A stretch of 64,000 bases of DNA. Source: Anaerolineales bacterium (GTDB lineage: Bacteria > Chloroflexota > Anaerolineae > Anaerolineales > UBA11858). Under the pieces are notes generated by a model. It was not told the DNA's origin. It saw only the letters and a list, made by a program, of their open reading frames with translations, and did no database searches. Each line of letters starts with the position of its first letter. Position 1 is the stretch's first letter. This document shows positions 1 through 7,647 of the stretch, one piece after another. Location: assembly GCA_049644685.1 (NCBI GenBank), contig JBARSJ010000131.1:307-64306 (forward strand), given 5' to 3'. The translations under genes were made by a program, and so were the position numbers.

Positions 1-1022
1 TCTTGCTGCGTTACTATCCAGTGGCAACAGAGCTATTTAGCAGCTTGAGCACCCTGATTTCACAGCATTTCATCCTGGCATACCCGACTCCCCAGGCTGC
101 AGCGGCACTAGATCTGGATTCTTTCAGGAAATTTGCAAGGCAGCATGGATACACCCATAAGCGCAAACTGGCCAGTATTCTGGCGAAACTGGATCAGGAC
201 GATCCCCAGGCCAATATTGATATCATTGTTGCTTGCCAGGATGAGGCGCAAGGACTGGCTCACGTCCTACTGGACATGATCCGTCTGAAGCGAGACAATC
301 TCAAACAACTACAACAGCTGCTGGACCTGCATCCGGACCAAAATATCTTTGCATCTTTACCTGGAACCGGAGTTTATTTGCAAGCAGCATTGATAAGTAA
401 GTTCGGGGATGATCGCGGGCGTTTTCCTGCACCGGATCGGGTACAGGCTATTGCAGGTACCAGTCCGGTTACGATCCGCAGTGGCAAGAGTAAATATGTG
501 CGTTTTCGAAAATCATGTGATTATGAATTTCGCCACATTGTTCAGCAATGGGCAAAACAATCCTTGCGTTCTTCAGTGTGGGCCAATGCGTATTACGCTC
601 GTGTTCGGCCGAATTGTGACTCAGAAAGCCATGCTTTTCGCTGCGTGGCCAATCGCTGGCTAGCGATCCTCTGGCGACTATGGCAGGATCACAACCCCTA
701 TGATGAAACGCATCATCTCAAACAACGGGCATTGAGAAGTCAGCCTAGATAAGTATTCTTTGTTGGAGACAATAAGTGAATGGTGAATCCAATGATAGAT
801 ATTCTTTTCAGATCAAATGATGTCTTTGATGCTGTGTCTTCAGTGTGTCATTTTTGCGAAAGAGGTCTTGACAAAACGTGTCCCCATACTTCAGCGAGCT
901 TTCAAACACCTGATCAAGAAGGTAAAACCGGGGAAAACAGACTGACAATATTATCAACATGCAATATAATGTAAAGGAACACAAAAAAGCCTAAAAGGCA
1001 ATCGGGGAGAAAAGTCCCCGAT
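1..1022 (+). mobile_element. Right-hand part of an IS110-family insertion sequence; right boundary not determined
   Basis: Transposase ORF followed by about 310 bp of noncoding DNA. This DNA includes an 8-bp hairpin, ATCGGGGA-gaaaag-TCCCCGAT, at about 1000-1022. IS110-type elements lack classical terminal inverted repeats, so the end is a guess. Confidence 0.35.
3..752 (+). CDS. IS110-family (DEDD) transposase, C-terminal part; the N-terminus lies outside the window
   Basis: ORF is open at the window edge. The C-terminal region (LPGTGVYLQAALISKFGD..RF....AIAGTSPVTIRSGKS....R.SCDYEFRH) resembles the Transposase_20 / IS116-IS110-IS902 domain. Recognised by eye only. Confidence 0.75.
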   Translation: MLRYYPVATELFSSLSTLISQHFILAYPTPQAAAALDLDSFRKFARQHGYTHKRKLASILAKLDQDDPQANIDIIVACQDEAQGLAHVLLDMIRLKRDNLKQLQQLLDLHPDQNIFASLPGTGVYLQAALISKFGDDRGRFPAPDRVQAIAGTSPVTIRSGKSKYVRFRKSCDYEFRHIVQQWAKQSLRSSVWANAYYARVRPNCDSESHAFRCVANRWLAILWRLWQDHNPYDETHHLKQRALRSQPR

Positions 1023-1062
1023 CCCAAATTAGGCGAAATCGTACCAGAAGAGAATTTATCTT

Positions 1063-1644
1063 ATGGCAAATGACGAACTCATTTCCCCGGAACAGCGCGA
1101 AGTTGAGCTGGTTCCACACAATCCAGAATGGTCTCAGTTAGCGGATGAAGAAGCCAAACGAATCCTGGAGCAACTTTCGATACCAGTAATCGGTATCTAC
1201 CACATCGGCAGCACTTCAGTCCCCGGGATTAAAGCAAAACCCATCCTCGATTTTGTCATAGAAGTGGAAGATTTGGATGGAATCATCCAATCAATTGAGG
1301 CACTGGAAGAACTGGGGTATATATCCAAAGGTGAATACGGCATCCCTGGAAGGCAGTTCTTCACCAAAGATACCGATGGCGAACGCAGCCATCACCTGCA
1401 TGTTTTTCAGCAAGGCCACCCGGATATTGAAAGACACCTGGTTTTCCGGGATTTTCTCCGCGCCAATCTTGACGCGGCCCGGGAGTATGAAAAAATTAAG
1501 GAAAAACTTGCCAAACGTTTCCCCAAGAGAAGCGGCAGTTATACTGAAGCCAAATCTGACTTCATACTTTCCATGGATGAAGTAGCCCGTTACTGGCTGG
1601 AACAAAACGGCTTTAAGAACGAACCGCCAGATTCCGAATCCTGA
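1063..1644 (+). CDS. GrpB-family protein (UPF0157, nucleotidyltransferase-like)
   Basis: 193 aa. Motifs YHIGSTSVPGIKAKPILDF and HHLHVF...H..FRDFLR are typical of the GrpB domain. Confidence 0.75.
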   Translation: MANDELISPEQREVELVPHNPEWSQLADEEAKRILEQLSIPVIGIYHIGSTSVPGIKAKPILDFVIEVEDLDGIIQSIEALEELGYISKGEYGIPGRQFFTKDTDGERSHHLHVFQQGHPDIERHLVFRDFLRANLDAAREYEKIKEKLAKRFPKRSGSYTEAKSDFILSMDEVARYWLEQNGFKNEPPDSES

Positions 1645-1717
1645 AAGACCTCACTAACACCGTATCCCATCCTGAACAGCATCTACCCGGCTCATAGTCC
1701 GGGAATTGTTCTTTTTA

Positions 1718-1776
1718 AAAACAACCTCCGAGGTAATAACGACCTCCGAGGTCGCTTCGACCTCGGAGGTTGTTTT
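1718..1776. terminator. ACCTCCGAGGT palindromic repeat element; likely bidirectional terminator between GrpB (+) and glmS (-)
   Basis: 13-bp perfect stem ACCTCCGAGGTCG / CGACCTCGGAGGT with a 3-nt loop, followed by TGTTTT. An upstream third copy, AAAACAACCTCCGAGGT, can pair instead with ACCTCGGAGGTTGTTTT. Confidence 0.6.
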
Positions 1777-1786
1777 ATAGCAGAGC

Positions 1787-3628
1787 TCACTCCACAGTAA
1801 CAGATTTTGCCAGGTTGCGGGGCTGATCGACATCCAAACCGCGTTGAGCAGCGATATGATAAGCCAACAACTGCAGCGGGATCACCGTGGTAACCGGGGA
1901 TAACATCCAGGGGGTTTCAGGCACACTTAAAACAAGATCTGCCTGCCCCTGGATCTGTTCATCACCTTCCGTAGCAACCGCTATTACCCGCCCACCCCGG
2001 GCTTTAACCTGCTCGATCTGGCTAAACATTTTTTCGTACCAGGGATCACGGGGAGCAATTACCACAACCGGCAGATCTGCATCAATCAAGGCAATCGGTC
2101 CATGTTTCATTTCTCCAGCAGGATATCCTTCGGCATGGATATAAGATATCTCTTTCAGTTTCAGGGCGCCTTCATAAGCAGTGGGCATGTTCACGCCCCT
2201 TCCGAGATACAGCGCACTTTGCGCTTCCAGCAAGCTTTCAGCGACCCTCTTTACCTCTCCTTCCTGATCAAGGCAACGTCCCGCAAGGTCCGGAACCAAT
2301 CGCAAATCATCCACCAGCTGACGGCGTTGGCTTTCATCAATCGTACCTCGCAGTTCTCCCAGAAGAATTGCCAGCATATACAAATCCACCAACGGCGCAG
2401 TATAAGCTTTAGTGGAGGCAACCCCAATTTCGGGTCCGACCTGCATGGAAATAAATCCATCTGCAATCCGCATCGCCTGGGATCCAATCGCATTTACAAT
2501 TGACCACAAGGTGGCTCCTTTTCGGCGTCCTTCTTCCATTGCCGCTAAAGTGTCGGCAGTTTCCCCGGATTGACTAATTGCCAAAACAACAGTATTCTCA
2601 TCAACTATCGGATCCTGATAGCGGAACTCAGATCCAATTTCCACTTCCACCGGAATGCGGGCAATCCTTTCTATCAGCACTTTACCCACCATTCCTGCAT
2701 AGGATGCCGTTCCACAGGCGATAATAAAGATTTTCTTGATTTCTTTCACTTTCGCAGGGGAAATATTTAAACTCGGTATTTGAATAGAGCCCAATTCAAA
2801 ATCAACTCTTCCCGCAATGGTATCCGTCAATGAGCGAACCTGTTCATGGATCTCTTTGTGCATAAAATGGCGGTATTCGCCTTTTTCTGCCGAAACCGGA
2901 TCCCAGGGAATATTATGTACCTCCGGCTGGATCTCTTCCCCATCCAGGGTCATTACCACCAAACCCTCGCGGCTGACCACGGCCATTTGGCGGGACTCAA
3001 GGAAAACCATTTCCCGGGTATGTTCCAGGATAGCAGGCAAATCTGATGCGATGTACATCTCATCCTTTCCATAACCAATCACAACCCCGCCGGCGTTACC
3101 AATTCTGGCGGCGATGATTTTATCCGGCTCGTTTTTGCTTAACACAACAATGCCGTGAGCGCCTTTTAAGAGAAGCAGGGCTTGATGGACAGCATCTGTA
3201 AGACTACTTCCGCCGGATAGATAACGCTCGATCAGGTGGACTATCACTTCCGAATCTGTTTCTGATTGAAAAACAATCCCTTCGCTTTCCAACTCATCCC
3301 GAAGTGCGGAAAAATTTTCCACGATCCCATTATGAACCAGGACCACGTCGCCTGTCATCCCCAAATGAGGATGTGCGTTGCGGGTATTTGGCACACCATG
3401 AGTTGCCCAGCGGGTGTGTCCAATCCCAATGTTGCCCTTTAAGGGTGATTCATTAACCAGTTGACTCAATCTTTCCAATTTGCCGGCATCCCGCCTGATT
3501 TCGATACCCCCGTTCTCAAGAACTGCAATACCGGCTGAGTCGTACCCCCGGTATTCAAGCTTTTTTAGCCCATTCATAATGATGGGCGTGGCGTTTTGGG
3601 GTCCAATATAGCCTACTATTCCACACAT
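1787..3628 (-). CDS. glmS: Glutamine--fructose-6-phosphate aminotransferase (isomerizing)
   Basis: 613 aa. N-terminal MCGIVGY (catalytic Cys2), two SIS domains, C-terminal ...LAKSVTVE. Confidence 0.95.
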   Translation of the reverse strand: MCGIVGYIGPQNATPIIMNGLKKLEYRGYDSAGIAVLENGGIEIRRDAGKLERLSQLVNESPLKGNIGIGHTRWATHGVPNTRNAHPHLGMTGDVVLVHNGIVENFSALRDELESEGIVFQSETDSEVIVHLIERYLSGGSSLTDAVHQALLLLKGAHGIVVLSKNEPDKIIAARIGNAGGVVIGYGKDEMYIASDLPAILEHTREMVFLESRQMAVVSREGLVVMTLDGEEIQPEVHNIPWDPVSAEKGEYRHFMHKEIHEQVRSLTDTIAGRVDFELGSIQIPSLNISPAKVKEIKKIFIIACGTASYAGMVGKVLIERIARIPVEVEIGSEFRYQDPIVDENTVVLAISQSGETADTLAAMEEGRRKGATLWSIVNAIGSQAMRIADGFISMQVGPEIGVASTKAYTAPLVDLYMLAILLGELRGTIDESQRRQLVDDLRLVPDLAGRCLDQEGEVKRVAESLLEAQSALYLGRGVNMPTAYEGALKLKEISYIHAEGYPAGEMKHGPIALIDADLPVVVIAPRDPWYEKMFSQIEQVKARGGRVIAVATEGDEQIQGQADLVLSVPETPWMLSPVTTVIPLQLLAYHIAAQRGLDVDQPRNLAKSVTVE

Positions 3629-3809
3629 GGGTTTACCCTCCCTGAATCAGTTCAGCCATATTTGATCCATACCTGCTGCAGCAAAATCCACAAGAATTTT
3701 GCCCAAATATCCAGGCCAGACCTGCAAGCTGAGTTTAGGTTGGAGTCACCAGGGATGATTTTGTCCCACCGGTCGCCCGGGGATTTGTCATCCATTTAAG
3801 TTAGGAGGG

Positions 3810-3997
3810 AAAAATCGGAGAGTGACAATCTCCGGAGGGCTTCCGCTGATAGTTCGATTTTCCTGACCCAATTGCCCCCGGTCAGTTAGCCTCCATAAAA
3901 GGAGGAACCCTCATCCTCGTCAACTCAAGAACCTGCCTTTTGTCAAATTTATCCGTTTATCTATCCAAATGACAATAAATCTTGAGCCCTTGCGCTA
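3810..3997 (-). ncRNA. Probable glmS ribozyme (GlcN6P-responsive self-cleaving leader)
   Basis: On the minus strand upstream of glmS: AGCGC (the cleavage-site motif A^GCGC, complement of 3992-3996), then a long hairpin closed by CTCAAG...CTTGAG. This is followed by GUUGACGAGGAUGAGGG, matching the conserved GACGAGGA core as I remember it, then CCUCC/GGAGG, CUGACC/GGGUCAG and CGGAGA/UCUCCG hairpins. Boundaries are approximate. Confidence 0.65.
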
Positions 3998-4123
3998 TTT
4001 TCCCAATTTGACCTTTTCCAGTCACCTCCTTCCTCTAAATTATCCGCGAAGGAATATAAGATATTAAGTATTCCCTCGCGGTTGTTATCTTACTCGAAGA
4101 ACCAATTTCCTGCAACCATTCCC

Positions 4124-4603
4124 TTAGGTGTTAACACTCGCTTTATTGATCAGGTCACTCTGCTGAATGCTGTCAATCACATCCTCGCCCTGAATGACTT
4201 TGCCAAATACGGTGTGTTTTCCATCCAGGTGAGGTTGGGGAAGATGGGTGATGAAAAACTGGCTGCCGTTAGTATTTGGTCCTGAATTGGCCATGGAAAT
4301 CACTTTTTTGCCATGTTTAAGAGGATTGCCGGACAATTCGTCCTCAAATTTATATCCTGGACCGCCCATCCCTGAACCGGTTGGGTCGCCGCCCTGAACC
4401 ATGAAATTGTCAATCACTCTGTGGAAAGTTATCCCGTCATAAAAAGCCTCATTGACTAAAAAGACGAAGTTGTTCACCGTTTTGGGAGCATGTTCTGGAT
4501 AAAGTTCCAGCTGAATTTCCCCTCTGGTGGTTTCCAGTGTTACCTGATATACCCGGTCCTCATCAATTGTCAATGCCGGCGGGTTTTCCCATTGTTTTGC
4601 CAT
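4124..4603 (-). CDS. ppiB: Peptidyl-prolyl cis-trans isomerase, cyclophilin type
   Basis: 159 aa. Motifs FHRVI.NFM.QGGDPTG.G.GGPGY.F.DE and [16 protein letters not shown]. Confidence 0.9.
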   Translation of the reverse strand: MAKQWENPPALTIDEDRVYQVTLETTRGEIQLELYPEHAPKTVNNFVFLVNEAFYDGITFHRVIDNFMVQGGDPTGSGMGGPGYKFEDELSGNPLKHGKKVISMANSGPNTNGSQFFITHLPQPHLDGKHTVFGKVIQGEDVIDSIQQSDLINKASVNT

Positions 4604-4689
4604 AGATCCTCACTTTTTAGTTATTAGGCTTAAGAAATATCTGGGTATTATAACATCCAAATCTACGGGTAATAAAACACGGTTATCTT

Positions 4690-4731
4690 TAATAAGAAAG
4701 GCACCAGATTTCATTCCGAAATCTGGTGCCT
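4690..4731 (-). terminator. Rho-independent terminator downstream of the repeat-protein gene
   Basis: 14-bp perfect stem AGGCACCAGATTTC / GAAATCTGGTGCCT (4699-4731). On the minus strand it is followed by TTCTTATT. Confidence 0.7.
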
Positions 4732-4771
4732 GGAGCAGATCAGAAGGTCCCCTGCTGGCAACCGCGATCTT

Positions 4772-5884
4772 CTAAGGACGTGAGGGTAAATCCAGGTATC
4801 TGGTTTCAGGCGAAAGCTCAGAATCAGCTGGCGGCCGCTCTGCCCGGGGTTTACCGGACACAACCAGTCGAGCCAGGAGCTTACCGTCCGTCTGTTCCAC
4901 TGCCACAACACCTGCTCTCCAGCCGTTCTCCAGTTCTGACAGATTCGCTGCCTGCCCCCGGAAATGAGTGTTTTCATCCACAAAGATAGTCAGCACTGTG
5001 CCATCAGGTTTTGTTAACTTAAATTTCCCGGCACCGACCGCAACTGCGGACACTGTACCCCGGGCTTTGATTACCTCCGGTCGAGTTCCAGCAATGACTA
5101 ATACAGCCCAGAGACTACCTTCTTCGTCAGCTTTTGCGGCCACACCAGCCTGCCAGCCAACTTGCATTTCATCCAGGCTGGACAATTGCCCCTGGTAGCG
5201 GGTTTTTTCATTCACAAAATACCTCACAATTGTCCCATCGGATTTTTTAATCTCGAATTGTCCAGCGCCCGCATCTACAGTTGTGACAACACCTTTTGCT
5301 TTTACTAATTCTGGTGCATCTCCAGCTATCAGCGCCAGAGTCATCAAACTGCCTTCGCTTGTCTTCTTGGCAGCTACAGCAGCCTTCCAGCCTACCTGCA
5401 GATCATCCAGACTGTTAATCTGGCCGCCGTAGCGGGTGTTTTCATTTACCAAAAAGGTCATCTCTGTTCCATCTGGTTTTTGAAGCTGGAATGTTCCAGC
5501 TCCAGGATCTACCCGGGTGATTTCTCCCCGCACCTGGATTAATTGGGCTGGGTCGACGGCAATCACCAACACCGCGATCAGTTTGCCGCCTTCGCCTTCC
5601 CCGTTTCCTTCCTGAGCCGCAACCCCGGCCTTCCATCCAACTTGAAGATCTTCCAGGCTCTCCACTCTCCCCCGGAAACGGGTATTCTCGTCGACAAAGA
5701 AGGTCATTACAGTTCCATCGGATTTTTCAAGCTTGAATTTTCCTGCCGAGAGATTTACATCAATCACTTCTCCCCTCGCTTTTACAAGACCCTGGGGATC
5801 TTCCTCAGCGGCAAAGGCTGTGCCGCTGATTGATACTGATATCAACAGGGCTGCCATCAGGGATAAAACAATTTTCTTAAACAT
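4772..5884 (-). CDS. Secreted protein with four tandem repeats of about 80 aa (possibly DUF5666-like)
   Basis: Signal peptide MFKKIVLSLMAALLISVSISGTAFA. The repeat consensus (K)ARG.V..V....G.F.L.K.DGT....FV.E.TR..GQ..SL..LQVGW.AGVAA occurs four times. The ATG at 5884 has a GGAGG 5 nt upstream, so I prefer it to the GTG at 5896. Confidence 0.7.
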   Translation of the reverse strand: MFKKIVLSLMAALLISVSISGTAFAAEEDPQGLVKARGEVIDVNLSAGKFKLEKSDGTVMTFFVDENTRFRGRVESLEDLQVGWKAGVAAQEGNGEGEGGKLIAVLVIAVDPAQLIQVRGEITRVDPGAGTFQLQKPDGTEMTFLVNENTRYGGQINSLDDLQVGWKAAVAAKKTSEGSLMTLALIAGDAPELVKAKGVVTTVDAGAGQFEIKKSDGTIVRYFVNEKTRYQGQLSSLDEMQVGWQAGVAAKADEEGSLWAVLVIAGTRPEVIKARGTVSAVAVGAGKFKLTKPDGTVLTIFVDENTHFRGQAANLSELENGWRAGVVAVEQTDGKLLARLVVSGKPRAERPPADSELSPETRYLDLPSRP

Positions 5885-6065
5885 GGTTTCCTCCACTAAA
5901 AAGGTCTATTTTTTTCATCCACATCTAGAATACAAAACCCTTGTAAATAGAGGTCAACCAGATTGTAAAAACGATGTAAAAACCAGGGGGACAATAAACA
6001 CTGCCGGCGGTAATTGCCCGGCAGTGTTTTGATAACGCGAAATTGATCTCCAGGTATCAAATATG

Positions 6066-6710
6066 CTATTTAGATGGAAAAACCACCTCTTCCTTGCCGG
6101 TTAATTTCTCCTGGACAAGATTGGCAACAATATCCAGATGTCCTTTCTGATGGACAAAATCCAGATCGTCCGATCGAATTTTCAGCACCGGACAGAGGTC
6201 AAATGTGTTCATCCAGTCATCATAAAACGAATCCAGCAGCGACAGATATTCCAGGGTAATTCCCGATTCCATTTTCCTTCCCCTCTCTTCAATTCTGTGG
6301 AGCAAAATTTCAGGAGAAGCGATCAGGTAAATCAAAAGGTCAGGTTCAGGCAAGTGATCCGCAATCAGCTGAAACACCCTGCGGTAGGACATATAATCCC
6401 GTTCGGAAAGACTTCCCTGGTGATGAAGTGCCCGGGCGAAGATTTTTACATCCTCGTAAATGCTCCTGTCCGCAATTGCCGAATTGCTGTCCCGGACAAG
6501 TTCCAGATGCTGCTGAGCGCGGTGACCCAGAAAAAATATTTGCAGGTTAAAAGACCAGGCGGCCATATCCTGATAAAAATCACTCAGGTAAGGATTATCA
6601 ATAACAGATTCATAAGCTGTCCGCCACCCCAGCCGGTCACCCAGCCGTTCGGTCAGGGAAGTTTTCCCGGTGCCGATATTCCCTGCCACAAGAACTAATT
6701 TTCCACTCAT
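6066..6710 (-). CDS. Deoxynucleoside kinase (dAK/dGK/dCK family)
   Basis: 214 aa. P-loop GNIGTGKTS, DRS motif (IADRSIYED), and GGAGG ribosome-binding site (RBS) upstream. Confidence 0.85.
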   Translation of the reverse strand: MSGKLVLVAGNIGTGKTSLTERLGDRLGWRTAYESVIDNPYLSDFYQDMAAWSFNLQIFFLGHRAQQHLELVRDSNSAIADRSIYEDVKIFARALHHQGSLSERDYMSYRRVFQLIADHLPEPDLLIYLIASPEILLHRIEERGRKMESGITLEYLSLLDSFYDDWMNTFDLCPVLKIRSDDLDFVHQKGHLDIVANLVQEKLTGKEEVVFPSK

Positions 6711-6849
6711 GAAATTGCCTCCTTCAATACCGTAACAAACCCCATTATATCCCGATTGTTTTCCTGATGAACAAAATCGAGTTGACAGGTTCCGACAAAT
6801 TAGGATACGATTAAATTACCCAACATACCGGGTTATCTTGGAGATGAAT

Positions 6850-7647
6850 ATGATAATTTCAAAACGAATTATTCCCCGCTGCCTTATCGCTCTGGTCATC
6901 CTGATCATGGTGCTTTTGGGCTGTCGTTCAACGGTATCTGACCAACAAGCAGGAGGAGACCAGCCGCAATCTCAATCGACTCAAACTTCCTCGCCTGATC
7001 TCAATCTATCCCAGGATCCAACCATTGAAGATCGAGAAAACATGGTCCTCAGGCAAATCGAAGCCCGGGGTGTGGAGGACACAAAGGTTTTAGCAGCCAT
7101 GAAATCCGTTCCACGCCATGAATTTGTGCCTGACCGCTATCTCTCACAGGCTTATGCTGATCATCCCCTACCAATCGGTTATGGACAAACGATCTCCCAA
7201 CCCTACATTGTCGCCTTGATGACCGAGGCTCTCCAGCTGGAAGAAGGGGATCGGGTATTAGAAATAGGGACAGGCAGCGGCTACCAGGCGGCTGTCCTGG
7301 CCGAGTTGGTAACCCAGGTTTTCAGCATAGAAATCATTCCGGAATTAGCAGCAGAAGCAAAAGAACTGCTGAAAGAACTCGGTTATTCAAATATCGAGGT
7401 CCTGAATGCAGATGGGTATTTCGGCTGGGAAGAATATGCGCCTTTTGATGCGATAATCGTCACTGCTGCCCCAGATCATCTTCCACTGCTGCTTCAGGTG
7501 CAGATGGCTGAAGGCGGTCGTTTAGTGATCCCGATCGGTCCAATCGGCGCTGTTCAAACTCTCTGGCTGTTTGAAAAACTCGAGGGGGAATTGATCGCGT
7601 CCAACCTTGGTGCTGTCACTTTTGTCCCTTTTACCGGAGAACATTAA
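6850..7647 (+). CDS. pcm: Protein-L-isoaspartate O-methyltransferase with N-terminal lipoprotein-type signal
   Basis: Motifs GQTISQPYIVA.M.E.L, VLEIGTGSGYQAAVLA and GGRLV.PIG. N-terminus is ...LIALVILIMVLLGC (lipobox-like LLGC). The ATG at 6850 has GGAG 6 nt upstream; alternative starts are at 6838 and 6844. Confidence 0.85.
   Translation: MIISKRIIPRCLIALVILIMVLLGCRSTVSDQQAGGDQPQSQSTQTSSPDLNLSQDPTIEDRENMVLRQIEARGVEDTKVLAAMKSVPRHEFVPDRYLSQAYADHPLPIGYGQTISQPYIVALMTEALQLEEGDRVLEIGTGSGYQAAVLAELVTQVFSIEIIPELAAEAKELLKELGYSNIEVLNADGYFGWEEYAPFDAIIVTAAPDHLPLLLQVQMAEGGRLVIPIGPIGAVQTLWLFEKLEGELIASNLGAVTFVPFTGEH

Noticed and set aside
780-974. 64-aa ORF downstream of the IS110 transposase.
   Set aside because: No RBS and no motif. 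It lies in the presumed noncoding end of the IS.
1028-1658. GrpB as a bona fide integron cassette, with ATTAGGC before it and CACTAAC after it.
   Set aside because: The boxes deviate from GTTRRRY/RYYYAAC. There is no L-box pairing and no start/R'' complementarity. I kept it only as a low-weight remark within the IS110 finding.
6138-6698. Long antisense ORFs opposite real genes. Examples: 6138-6698 opposite dNK; 20160-20669 and 21468-21869 opposite mfd; 25097-25579 opposite pyrG; 17405-18360 opposite the ABC transporter; 50945-51383 opposite the coiled-coil gene; 59902-60429 opposite the C39/TPR gene.
   Set aside because: These are shadow ORFs. They have no recognisable motifs and no RBS, their composition is skewed (Arg/Ser/Pro-rich), and the opposite-strand genes have strong family signatures.
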